64,000 nucleotides of DNA from Microthyrium microscopicum (Eukaryota): assembly GCA_010405405.1 (NCBI GenBank), contig MU004233.1:2086539-2150538 (forward strand). The letters are read 5' to 3'. Within the stretch, counting starts at the first letter, position 1. The number at the start of each line of letters is the position of its first letter. A program made the position numbers and the translations under genes. Below the pieces are notes generated by a model. It had not been told where the DNA came from, searched no databases, and saw nothing but the letters and a program-made list of their open reading frames with translations. Shown here piece after piece: positions 52,636-64,000 of this stretch.

Positions 52636-55260
52636 ATGGTTCTTTTCAGTCGCCCCGCCCCGGTGAACTACTCGGAGCAACAAGGTGCGTCCTATGTGTT
52701 GACATACCCCTGAAACATCTGTCTAATCTTGAACAGCTGCTTTCGAAGACTTCCTCAAAACCTACAAAACCTCCACTGTCGAAACGACTGATGCGCTTGG
52801 TGACCTAAACCTCAATGATGATGACACCGACGGCGATTATGATTTCATGGACGAGTCGGGTGACGAGGCTACCCGATCGCGACGACCCGACCCAAAATTG
52901 AAATACATGAGAGTGCTGCAGAACGTAGCTGATCGTGCGACAAACCAGGTGGTCATAGATCTTGATGATCTCGCTGCCGTAAGCTTTATCTTGCATTGTC
53001 TTGTAATCGCAGAAATTGACACAACTCTAGTACGAAAAAGCTCATGATGGCGAAGAAGGATTCCCACAGCTCGTTTCATCCATTGAGAAGAACGCATTCC
53101 ATTATGTCGACATCTTCTCACGCGCAGTTGACAAGGTTATGCCACCACCGCGGAAAGCTCCAAAGTAATTTCTTTTTACTGGTTATCTTCTTTTGCTAAT
53201 TATTGGTAGCTTCAAGGACGATGTAGTCGATGTCATTATCTCCCAGCGATCGCGACGGAATGAAAAGATCCAGGAGGCACTCAATGCCGAAGCCCAGGTT
53301 GAAGAGTCAATATTTCCTCCAGAACTCACTCGACGATATACACTGAACTTCAAGTCGGTAACACCATCCGGTTCAAGCGCCGAACAGAATAAGAAGGCGC
53401 TCGCAGTTCGACAAGTTCGAGGGGACTATCTAGGCCACTTGATCACCGTTCGTGGTATTGCGACTCGAGTGTCAGATGTCAAGCCAGCTATCAGAGTCAA
53501 TGCTTATACCTGCGACATTTGTGGTGATGAAGTCTTCCAACCAGTTACCGCAAAGCAGTTTACTCCACTCACAGACTGCCCGTCTCAAAAATGCAAGGAC
53601 GATAATACAAAAGGCCAGCTTTTTCTTTCTACAAGAGCTTCAAAATTCGTACCATTCCAAGAGGTCAAAATACAGGAGATGGCAGATCAAGTTCCGGTTG
53701 GACACATTCCCCGTCAACTTACAGTACATTGCCATGGAGCATTGGTAAGACAAATAAATCCAGGTGATGTAGTCGACATTGCCGGCATTTTTCTACCAAC
53801 CCCATACACCGGTTTCAAAGCTCTTCGCGCTGGTCTCCTCACAGACACTTACCTAGAGGCTCAATTCGTTACTCAGCACAAAAAAGCTTACGACAACATG
53901 GTCTTGGCTCCCAGTACAATCAAGCGCATGGAAGATCTCGAGCGATCAGGTCAGTTGTATGAAATGCTTGCACGATCCATCGCACCGGAAATCTTTGGCC
54001 ACTTGGATGTAAAGAAGGCCCTCCTACTACAACTCATCGGTGGCGTCACCAAAGAAGTCGGCGATGGTATGCGCATTCGTGGCGACATCAACATCTGCCT
54101 CATGGGTGACCCCGGTGTAGCCAAATCCCAACTACTCAAGTACATCTGCAAAGTCGCTCCTCGCGGCATCTACACCACCGGCCGTGGTTCTAGCGGCGTT
54201 GGTTTGACGGCCGCCGTCATGCGAGATCCAGTCACCGACGAAATGGTGCTCGAAGGCGGCGCCCTCGTCCTCGCAGATAACGGCATGTGCTGTATCGATG
54301 AATTCGACAAAATGGACGACTCGGACCGAACCGCTATCCACGAAGTCATGGAACAGCAAACAATCTCCATCTCCAAAGCAGGCATCACCACAACCCTCAA
54401 CGCCCGCACTTCCATCCTTGCCGCCGCCAATCCTCTGTATGGACGATATAACCCACGCATTTCGCCCGTCGACAACATTAACTTACCCGCCGCCCTCCTC
54501 TCCCGTTTTGACGTCCTCTTCCTCATCCTCGACACCCCAGACCGTGACTCGGACGAACAGCTCGCAAAACACGTAACATACGTGCACATGCACAACGAGC
54601 ACCCGCCCCTCGCCGACGACATCACCGTCTTCCAACCCGCCGAAGTCCGCCAATGGATCGCCCGCGCCCGCGCCTTCCGCCCCGTCGTCCCCCCTTCCAT
54701 CGCAGACTACCTGACCGGCGCATACGTGCGTCTACGCAAACAAGCAGCTCGCGACGCCAACGCCAAACAGTCCTTTGGCCACACCTCCCCCCGCACCCTG
54801 CTCGGCATCGTCCGTCTCGCACAGGCACTCGCACGTCTGCGCTTCGCAGATACCGTCATCGTCGAAGATGTTGACGAGGCGCTCCGTCTTATGGACGCAT
54901 CCAAGTCCTCCCTCTACGGCGAATCTGGTCCTAGACGCGCGGATATGACGCCCAGCACACGCATTTACCATCTAATCCGCCAAATGCGCGTCAGTGGCGC
55001 GGCGGCGGTGGAAGATGGTGAGGATGGACAGTTGGATTTGAGACGGGTGCGGGATCGTGTGTTGGCCAAAGGATTTACGGCTGATCAGTTTGAGGGTGCA
55101 TTGGATGAATATGCGGAATTGGATGTAAGTTTTCACCACTAGGAGATTATTTGATTGTGAAACTAACGGTTTTGTGTGCTAGGTTTGGCAGACTGCGGCG
55201 CAGGGGACACAGTTGGTGTTTATTGAGCAGGATGATGATGAGGATGAGGATGACTTTTAG
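52636..55260 (+). CDS. MCM7: DNA replication licensing factor MCM7
   Basis: Zn finger CDIC...CPSQKC, Walker [20 protein letters not shown], arginine finger [15 protein letters not shown] and [13 protein letters not shown]. Introns 52685-52736, 52979-53030, 53165-53209 and 55125-55182. Confidence 0.96.
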
Positions 55261-56270
55261 ATGTGCTTGATGAGTTGTGTGGATTGCGTGGTGTTTTGGG
55301 GACATGGGGGTCGGGCGTTGTGCTGGTTCTTTGCGCGTAGAGAATAGTATTTGTCGTTGGGATTGCTGGTTTTAGCATGGTTAATGCCAATGATCTTAAT
55401 TGTTATTTTCGCTCTTCGGCAGTTTATTGGAGCCTGGGCTCGTGATTTGCAAAGTAATGAAGACTTCTACGTCAAGGCTGTCGGTTTGTGGTCATGTATG
55501 CTAGATATTGGATACAGCATTTCTCATTGTATTCAAGCGGATTCCAAGTATAAGCGTGAATTAGCAACAGGCGACCTAAGGCGCTGGATGATAAGCCTTG
55601 TAATCGAGTAATCGGCTAAACACACTTTATATACCGCGTGCTCGCCGATACTCTTGTCATGCTAAAAATTTCCACAGATATGAGAAATAGTCAATGATGA
55701 ACGTTTCAATTCATGGCACACATAAAATCAACTACAGAGTTTGAAAACAGCACCCAACCATCACAACCAAGCGAAAAAACGGCCCATGCGCCTTCCAGTC
55801 CACGCCTATCCCGATCCATATGGGACGGTTTTGCCCAATTCCCCTTCGCCAGTCCAGAGGAAAACACAAGTAATGAGACCCGATAAAAACACGTTGGAGC
55901 CGAAGAAGCCCCAAAAAACCAGTGAATCCCGTTTTTGGGCCAAATTCCCCAGCTCCTAGTGGTCCGGTATTTGCCCAACAAGAATAGGTATCAAACGCAA
56001 GAGGTAAAACAAGACAGTAAAACAAGGACGAAGGAGATGGAGGAGACTGCATGGGCGAACGTGTTGGTAGCAATGAGACGTGGATTTCCTGATTTGACAG
56101 TTTCCATGATAATGCAGCGGCTTGTGGCGTAGTATAGACGAGCCCGCACCTGCCATTCAGGAAGTCAATTTGCTGATGGATGGCTAGTCCATGTAGCCAT
56201 GCAATGCATCAAGGTAGTGGTCACTTTGGACAAGAGGGGTATTGCTGCTTTCTTCCGGCGACGGATCCTC

Positions 56271-57977
56271 CTAAGGTCTCGCACGCTCGTTCAGTTGGCT
56301 TTTTAATCGTTCAACTTCCGATTTGAGAGTGTTAATCTCCGCACGATGCTCGCCTTCTATGCGACTGCAATCGTTGCGAAGCTGGTTGACTATGGCGTTA
56401 TGCTCGGCCCGGGAATCGTTGAATTTCTTCTCAAGTTCCTTATACATGTGAAGTACATCATGAGACGGGCCAAGAATATCGCGCATGCTGTTGCCGCTGC
56501 CACTGTGTCTTGATGAGGATCCAAGACTACCTGGGTGAGATCCAGTGCCCGGTGGAGGAGGTGGTGGAAGATTTTGTAGACCTGGAAGTTGCAACGCTCC
56601 TATAGGTGGAGGTGGCAAGCTCGTAGGAGAAGCTCCCCGTCCACTGCTATACTGACCAGTGTGTCTTGGTGGCAAACTGCGCTCACCAGGCTGACCTGGA
56701 GATATTGGCTTTGGGCTTTCAGTCATACCCGATTGAGGAAACACTGGCTGAGCAGCATTGAAATGCTGGAGAGATGACAATGGACCTTGAGAGCCTATTG
56801 ATGGATCGCGAGATCTCGGTGGAGCAGGAGTAAACACGCTGGGTAACGATTGTTGCCCGACGCCAGGATATGTATTTGGACGATAGCCGTCGGATGTTGT
56901 GGTGCGATGTTTGGAGGAGTCTGTATTCGCTCGAGGCTCCGGGCTTCCCTCATCTTCGTCCATATTATCTGGTTCTGCAGTATATTCGATGCCATCCATG
57001 TCCATAGAATCATCCATTCTATGATTTCCAGATGGATCCTCCTCTATGAAGCTGGGGCGACGTCCAGCGCAGCCACCAGGACCTTTGCTATGTCTAGCTA
57101 GAGCATCTCCGCGCGCAAACTTGCGACCACAATTCGGGCACATGTGAGGCCGCTCACCCGTGTGTAGCTTCGTATGTCGCTTGAGGTCGTGTAAACGACG
57201 AAATCGCGATTGGCATTGTTGACACTCGTATGGCTTTTCTTGGCTATGGGTCAATAAGTGACTTTTTAGATTATGATGACGCGTAAATTCCGTAGAGCAA
57301 TATGGACACTTGTGTCGTTTCGAACCCGATCCGGAGCGTGGAGAACCGCCAGAATATACATTATTAGGTAAACTCAAATTACGTTGGTTAGGTGTGTGAA
57401 GGTCGTCTGGTAGAGGGGCGGGATATGTGAATGCTCGATTTGGTGTAGAATCAGAGACACCAGGAAGGCCAGGATCAACGACTGGTCGTCCAGAGTCAGG
57501 ACCTGATAGCCCGATCGCATTGTCTGAGCTTGCTGCTGGAGTTGCCACAGCTGGAGCAGTGGCGGTGGTAGCTGCGCTGCCTTCTGCGGAGCCATGGCTA
57601 GTAGCAGATATCGGACTTACCTGCGCGCCAGCAGTCGATGGAGCATTTTCTGGAACTTGGATACTTTTTGCGATAGCGGCCATAGGCTGACTCATTTGAG
57701 AAGCAGCCTCTTTCCCAGCGGCCGCAGCGCGTTCTACAGCGTATACTACACTGGGTTTCGAGGGTTTACCATCTGCGGTCTCATCTGACCGAGGTGGTTG
57801 AGGGGAGACGCGAGGAGTCATGGCTGATTTTGGAGATCTAGGAGAAGGGGATCGTCTGTTGGCAGGAGTGCCAAAAGGACTCAGGCTACGAGTTGCTGTA
57901 GTCTTGTGTGTATTCAGATTATTGGGGTTGAATGGACGCGAATGTGTTGGATTCAGCGCCGCGGTGGAAGCAGCCAT
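56271..57977 (-). CDS. C2H2 zinc-finger transcription factor with C-terminal coiled coil
   Basis: [30 protein letters not shown]...[27 protein letters not shown]. Confidence 0.92.
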   Translation of the reverse strand: [568 protein letters not shown]

Positions 57978-58718
57978 CAGCGGCAAACTATTGACCGCAG
58001 ATCAGATCGAAATACACAAAGCCGCGCCTTGGTGGAGGAGTAAGTCTTGATACAGAGTCAGCGTGATTGATACAACAAGCAAGAGCGACTCGAGGAAGCT
58101 TGGAGGGTTGGAGAAGGCTTACGCGGGTCAATTGCGCAGCATGCAGAGGTGAACAGTGACGATGGCAAGTTATTCAAGGGTCCAAATGCGCGTTAGGCCA
58201 GCTCGCATTGACTACTTGCAGATAATGCACAGCAAGTTGTATTGAGATCAAGTTGTTGATGGTGTGGATGTGGCTCAGCGAGTTGACGTATAAGTTGAGG
58301 AAAACAGGGTGTGGCTCTCAAGACAAGCACAGAGTACAAGCAACGAGCAGCCGCGCGCGTGGATTATTGGGAATTGCAGAGTCAAGTGTAAGAGAGGTAT
58401 ATACCTGAGGCTGAAGGAGAGGAGTAAGACAGCAGAAACAGGCAGTTCTTGGTGGAGGGTGTTTGGAGATTTCTGGAGAGAGGAAGGAGGCGCAGCAAAG
58501 TAGCGAGAGCATCCAAGAGGTGCGGAGGAAAGCCCGAGAGAGGGTTGATGGAAGCTGCCACAGTTGGCTTTAGGGGCTACTAAAAAGGGAAGGCAGGGGC
58601 GACAAATGCGCAAAAAGGCGCCTACACGCCTGGGCAGCTGGAGGCAGGCACACAGGCAGGCACAGGCAGGGCAAGAACGAACGACTTCAGGTCCACCATT
58701 TACCGGCGTTCCTTCCTA

Positions 58719-58883
58719 CCGTTTTCTTCCTTTCAGTTGACGCACCTTAGCGTGCCTATTTGGGTCGCGGCGCCACTAAATTTAGCGGGCGTCCTCTGAG
58801 TTAGTGATTGGTTGTCCCTAGAAAAATCAAAATCTGACCCAAATAGGCACGCTAAGGTGCGTCAACTGAAAGGAAGAAAACGG
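58719..58883. mobile_element. Tc1/mariner-type MITE, 165 bp
   Basis: Perfect 48-bp inverted repeats 58719-58766 and 58836-58883 (CCGTTTTCTTCCTTTCAGTTGACGCACCTTAGCGTGCCTATTTGGGTC), flanked by TA at 58717-58718 and 58884-58885. Confidence 0.88.
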
Positions 58884-61459
58884 TATTCTTGACCCTTACA
58901 TCTATCTGATCCATTTGGTACTGTTTATCATGTTGCTTTCTAGGTTCTAAGTTTCTTGTTTACGAAGATGTTACCATCCATACATTGTCAAATGGTACGA
59001 CAAGCTGAGCCATCTGGATACTCATTATTCCTGAGCTCACAAGCTGCACAGGTGGATCGTAAGACCAACAAATCAACACCATCATCAGAGCCCCAAGTTG
59101 GAATATCTCCAACATTATCCAGTTGGTAACTCTGAACAATCTGACTGCTTGCCTAACTACCTTCCAAACGAACTAGTCCAGCTATCAATCTGATAATATC
59201 CAACTACCTATGCAGCCCACTAGCCTATTCTATTTCTCATCCTGCTTTTTGAGGCTGACGACGCTTAGATCTTCCTTCTTAAGTTCTTATAATAGATTGT
59301 TTAAACCAACAACACCCCCTCGAGCCTCCATCCTCATCAACTGGACACTTGCCAAGTTGTTTATAGTAGTTCCAAACCTGTTCTGCTGGGCACCTCTGAC
59401 GAGCCCCCCTTCCAGCCACTTATTTCCCTTCTGTGCCACCTCAAACAAAACTTGGATGCGGCGAGCTGGTGCCACCGTTCATGGTCTTTGAGCCACCTTG
59501 GACGCGGATCACAAAGTACCTTTTCTTGGCACGTCATGATTCTTATGTGGCGGGTTAAGAATCGAGTAATGGGAAATATATATGGGATGAATAAGTAGCG
59601 ATCAAGCACTAAGAACCGATGCGCAATTATCTCTAGGTGCTCTTGTCAAGATAAGCCACTGCATCGAGATATCAGTTTAATCATACCTTGCCTAGTACCC
59701 GTAACTCTTCGCTCATGAACACTTTGTATACTATGTATACTGCAACGCGCAACTCACGCCAAGCCCAACAACTCCATCCCATCTCCTTTCCTGCACAAAA
59801 CCCTCCTGTTCCTGAGTCCCAACCGGCCCTACCGATATCCCATCTGGGCAATCTACACCGCAACACCGCAGCTGAATTCCCCATCTCCTTAATTTCACCC
59901 CCAAATCCAACCCAACCAATCTCCCACTCCCTTCTCAGGAGTCAGCGCAGCATAGCGTCGTAGCCCATTAGGCTGAACCACATCCAAACCATCCAACCAG
60001 TCTCTACGGTGTAGTATACGGTAACCACTAGATCTTTACTCAACCAATCACTGCACAGTCCGATGAAAAAGAGGGCCCAGCTGCAAGACTAGCGCTGCTG
60101 TAGACTGTGGCGTTCCAGGTCGTTGCATACCTAACTTCCTTGTTCGTTTGCTTGGACAGCCCCGAGGGCTATGTCGTAAGTGGTATAGATTGCCGATGGC
60201 CTTGTGGTGATCTGTTGTACGGGATCGGTATTCGAGTTGTTGGCGATTGCGGTGACGTCTGAGACCAAGTTTTTTTTTTGGTAAGTGGTGGTGGCGGTTA
60301 TGGTTACGATGTTTAATTTAAAGAGAGACGATGGTCAATGTGATGTTGGTTTGGGGCTTGTTTGTTGGTTTATTTGGGTGCGTGGTGAGGCTTTGCTGTG
60401 GGTTGCTTACGGTATCCCTTCTGTGGTGCATGATTGACTCGGTCCGCCACAAGAGGGGCAGGTGTTGATGGGCGAGGATGACTTGGATGACAAGGGAAGT
60501 GCTTGAGCTACTGGACAAGGTTTAAATGCTATTCGCGAATGGTGGAGCAGCTGGAGAAGCATGTTGTGAGGATTTACTTGATGTTGTTGAAGAATTGCGT
60601 GAGTATACGGATTCAATGTGTTTGTTGTTGCATCAGGACGGGCTCTTATCACGAAGTACTTGGAAGGTATGACCCTCATATAGTACAATGACGCTTCATT
60701 CTTGCAGGCTGAAGAAGAAGGCATAATTAATGGTAGGAAGATGGAAGATTACCTAGCAGAGTCAGGCTACGGATTATGATATGCATGTCCCCGCCTCCTC
60801 TAACCTGGAGCTCTAGACTCTTTCCGTACTTCATCAGATGGATAGCTCCAGTTGTGGTTCCGTTTTGGTACCTCCGAATCAAAGAACCTGAATAACCTCC
60901 CTTGTTCAACCTGTACTACCTCGAAAACAACTACTATGCTCCGTTGCACCATATCACAGAATACCGAATGTTCTAACATCGCCTTGATTGATTTGGTCAG
61001 CCTGGGCTATCTACCTGTTATAATCTGCCGCGGTTGCTTCTTACCGCAGTGACCACTTTGGACTTATCGCCTGCCTTGCAGCGCTGATCCAACTGAACGT
61101 CAACTGTCAACACACCCCGCGCGAACCCACCTCTCCAACACCACAACTACTATTTGTCTATAGCCTTTCATAACACCGTCGGTACAGGCCTCAGACACGC
61201 TGGACTCCGCTCTATCAAGTGCTCATCTTTCGTGATCTCTACGTTTCTGGCTGCCTGGCCTCTGCCTCCCTAACCATCACGCGCGAAACCCCGCCGACCC
61301 TGTCTCGTCTCATCTGTCCCCCATAATCCCGTACTCCTTCCGTTCAAACTACATAGCTTCGGTACAATTCTACAACTTTCTGGCTACGGATAGCAATATA
61401 GAAAGACTTTGCTGTCGTCTGGATAGATACACTGTGTCTCCACCATTTCAACCCCTTTC

Positions 61460-64000
61460 ATGCCATCGCAACCGTCAAACGAGCAACCAAATCCAAATAA
61501 CCTTAATTTCCTCTATCAACGCCATCGTAGCCGGCTACAAGGCTTCGACAGCCTTAACCTACGACCTGTTCCTTCTCCTAGCCATGAATCTGGAAAGAGG
61601 GACCCAAATGGAGTTGATAATAGGTTGCATAGAATATATCCTAGCCAGCTGTAAGTTGCCACCGTTGCTTGTTTCCAGGCTCCAAATTACGCAACCCGTC
61701 TTCGTTACTGTTATACTGTTATTTGATATCATTTGCATTGCTACTTTCATTGCGTGAATCTATCGCTCTGAGCCTTCATCGACATGCCACTGTGATCTTT
61801 CTTTGCCCGTGTGACTCGAACATGGACTAATTATATCTGTCACAGAGCAAGAAACAAACCCAACAAGCTACGGTCCGGCGCATCTCCACAAGCAGTTACA
61901 TCGCCTCTTCTGACCGCGCTGGGATCTACGACAAATACTGCCGCCCAATATACCAACGACTGGGCGCGCTCACTTCCATTCTTTACTGCAAGCCAGCAGA
62001 CCGCGAATTCAGGCACACCTCCATCGTTAGGGCGCGACGCTTCAGATCCTACAATGATACCTTCAGCATCGCCTCCTGGCAGACCACAGAGTCATCCCAA
62101 TCAATACCCCAACTTTGGTGGAAGACAAAGAACGACTACCCCGCAAAGAGACAGGAGGTCCTCAGTTTATTCTCAATTTGGCCAGTCGCCCTATAGCGGA
62201 CACGTTCCTCTACCTCATCAAGATCAGGCGCATTTCTATCCTGGAGGTCTTCCAGACCTTGATTCGGTCGTTCCTAATCTCATGCCTTCTGGTGGGCTCT
62301 CTCCAGGGGAGCGCGGTTATTTCGTTGGCTTTGATACGCTCTCCACAAGCGCACATGGCCCTTCTACCGCAGCAGAAAATGTTCTTTTGATTGGCGAAGA
62401 GGGTACATTGCGCATATATCGCGTTACGAAACAATTAGCAGACCCAAACACAGGAAGCCTCGAGGGACTACGTGGCTCTGTCATAGGCGCCAAAATCCTA
62501 CCATGGCCTTTTCAAGATGACCCAGGTTCAGAAGGTCGACCGTATGTTGCAATCATTTTGCACAAACCTGTTCCAGTAGAAGAGGAGGCGGTGGATTCCA
62601 CGGATAGCAATACTTCAGAAGCACTTAGTGGTGAAGAGAATGATAGCTCTCCGGATCCTTCAACGGCCCGCGCAATGGCTGGAACCCACGGGTCAGCGCC
62701 ACACATTATTCGGTACTATCAAACGACTGTAGAGATATATTCACTTTCAAAGAGGACCAAGGTGGCAACAGTATTCGAGAGTCCCCTCGTGGAAACAGAG
62801 TTTGGACCTATGGGGGAGCTCAAGATTCCTCCACCAGTTGGAGATCTGCGAATCGATGCAAACGGCAAATTTCTAGTTGTCGCATCTGGAACGAGTGGCG
62901 AGGTTTTCATATTCTCATCTTTCACAAGAGATCCACAAGTCAAAGGACTAGACAGCATAAGATGTATTGGCAAGCTCTGGACTTCGCTACAACGAAGAGG
63001 GCCAAAACCTTCCGCTAGTGCGTCGACTCCTGGGGATGTACCATCTGAGGCTGAAGAGACCGAAGTACGGCATGTTCCGCTCTTTTCACTTAGCCATCGA
63101 TGGATCGCAATTGTTCCTCCTCCTGCAGACTCGCTCTTCTCCATGAAAGGAACCGCCCACTTGCTCAGTAATGATGCTAAGCCTCCAGGTATTCGAAATC
63201 ATGTCGCACCACCAAAACCAACGGTCAATTGTGGAGTTGATACACCCGATGGTGACGGGATCATGAATCGGGTAGGTCGAGAAGTCACTCAACGTGTCTT
63301 GAAAAGTGCTCAGTGGATGGGACAGCAAGGCATGCAGGCCTGGAATACTTATTGGACTCAACCTCAAGTGGGTCATCCTTCAGCATCCAACACTTCAACG
63401 AGGCATGCGCAAGACATCCCGCAACAGCACTTCCCGCCTACTCATGGACATTCTCAAACGCCATCAGCATCACCTACCCAGGTGGCAATCTTCGATCTGC
63501 AGCGGCTTCTCGATGCAGAAGAGACGAAAATTAAGAATGCTCTCCATCCGATAGCATGCTTTGAGCCACCCAATGGATGTAGCTACCTCTCGTTTGCACC
63601 TAGTGGTTTAGTGCTTCTTACAGTCAGCAGAAAGGGTGATGAGCAATATGTTTGGTCTCTCATGCGGATGCAGCATCCAAGATCTAGCATTACATATGAC
63701 AATCATTCCCAGCCATATGTTCGACAGATTACTAAAGTCACGCGGATGACAGTAGCAACTATCGTGGACTGTGTTTGGAATTCCCCTTATGGTAATCGAT
63801 TCGCACTTCTGACTGAACGAGGAACTATACATGTCCATGAGATACCTTCAACAGCCTTTCAGTGGCCTCCACTCCGACGAGCTCGCAAACAGAAACCACC
63901 ACCAAATTCCGAGTACAAGGAAAATGACGACCCATCATTCCAAAAGGCGGCCATGTCCACTGCCATGGATACTATCAATGGCACTGGAGCCTGGCTACGC
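61460..64000 (+). CDS. WD40/beta-propeller protein, BCAS3-like; runs off window end
   Basis: Exon 61460-61650 and intron 61651-61845 lead into a long open frame absent from the ORF track: GFDTL, LEGLRGSVIGAKILPW, LSHRWIAIVPP, SYLSFAPSGLVLLTVSRKGD, TRMTVATIVDCVW, TERGTIHVH. Confidence 0.75.

Overview
Gene-dense eukaryotic chromosome segment from a filamentous ascomycete (Pezizomycotina, inferred from protein families and short ~45-60 nt GT-AG introns with CTAAC/CTGAC branch sites; class not determinable here). About 20 protein genes: YTH-domain protein (3' end), PXR1, an apparently interrupted Clr5-like gene, RhoGAP, HIS1, F-box-like protein, a small Cys-rich secreted protein, a secreted lipase-like hydrolase, a Zn2Cys6 TF, MetR/CYS-3 bZIP, CHL4, SEC23, GDI1, a minimal CFEM protein, a GH106-like glycosidase, an RRM protein, NCBP3-like, MCM7, a C2H2 TF and a BCAS3-like WD40 protein (5' part). 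Two non-autonomous DNA-transposon derivatives are visible: a 497-bp Mutator-like element with a 9-bp TSD and a 165-bp TA-flanked element with perfect 48-bp TIRs. No tRNA, rRNA, CRISPR or intact transposase was recognised. I found no clearly new multi-gene system. The best leads are a double gamma-core secreted peptide, recurrent C/A-to-G/T strand-skew flips, an in-frame UAG in the Clr5-like gene, a divergent GDI1 with a GC-AG intron, and the two MITEs. All family calls come from motif recognition by eye, with no database search.
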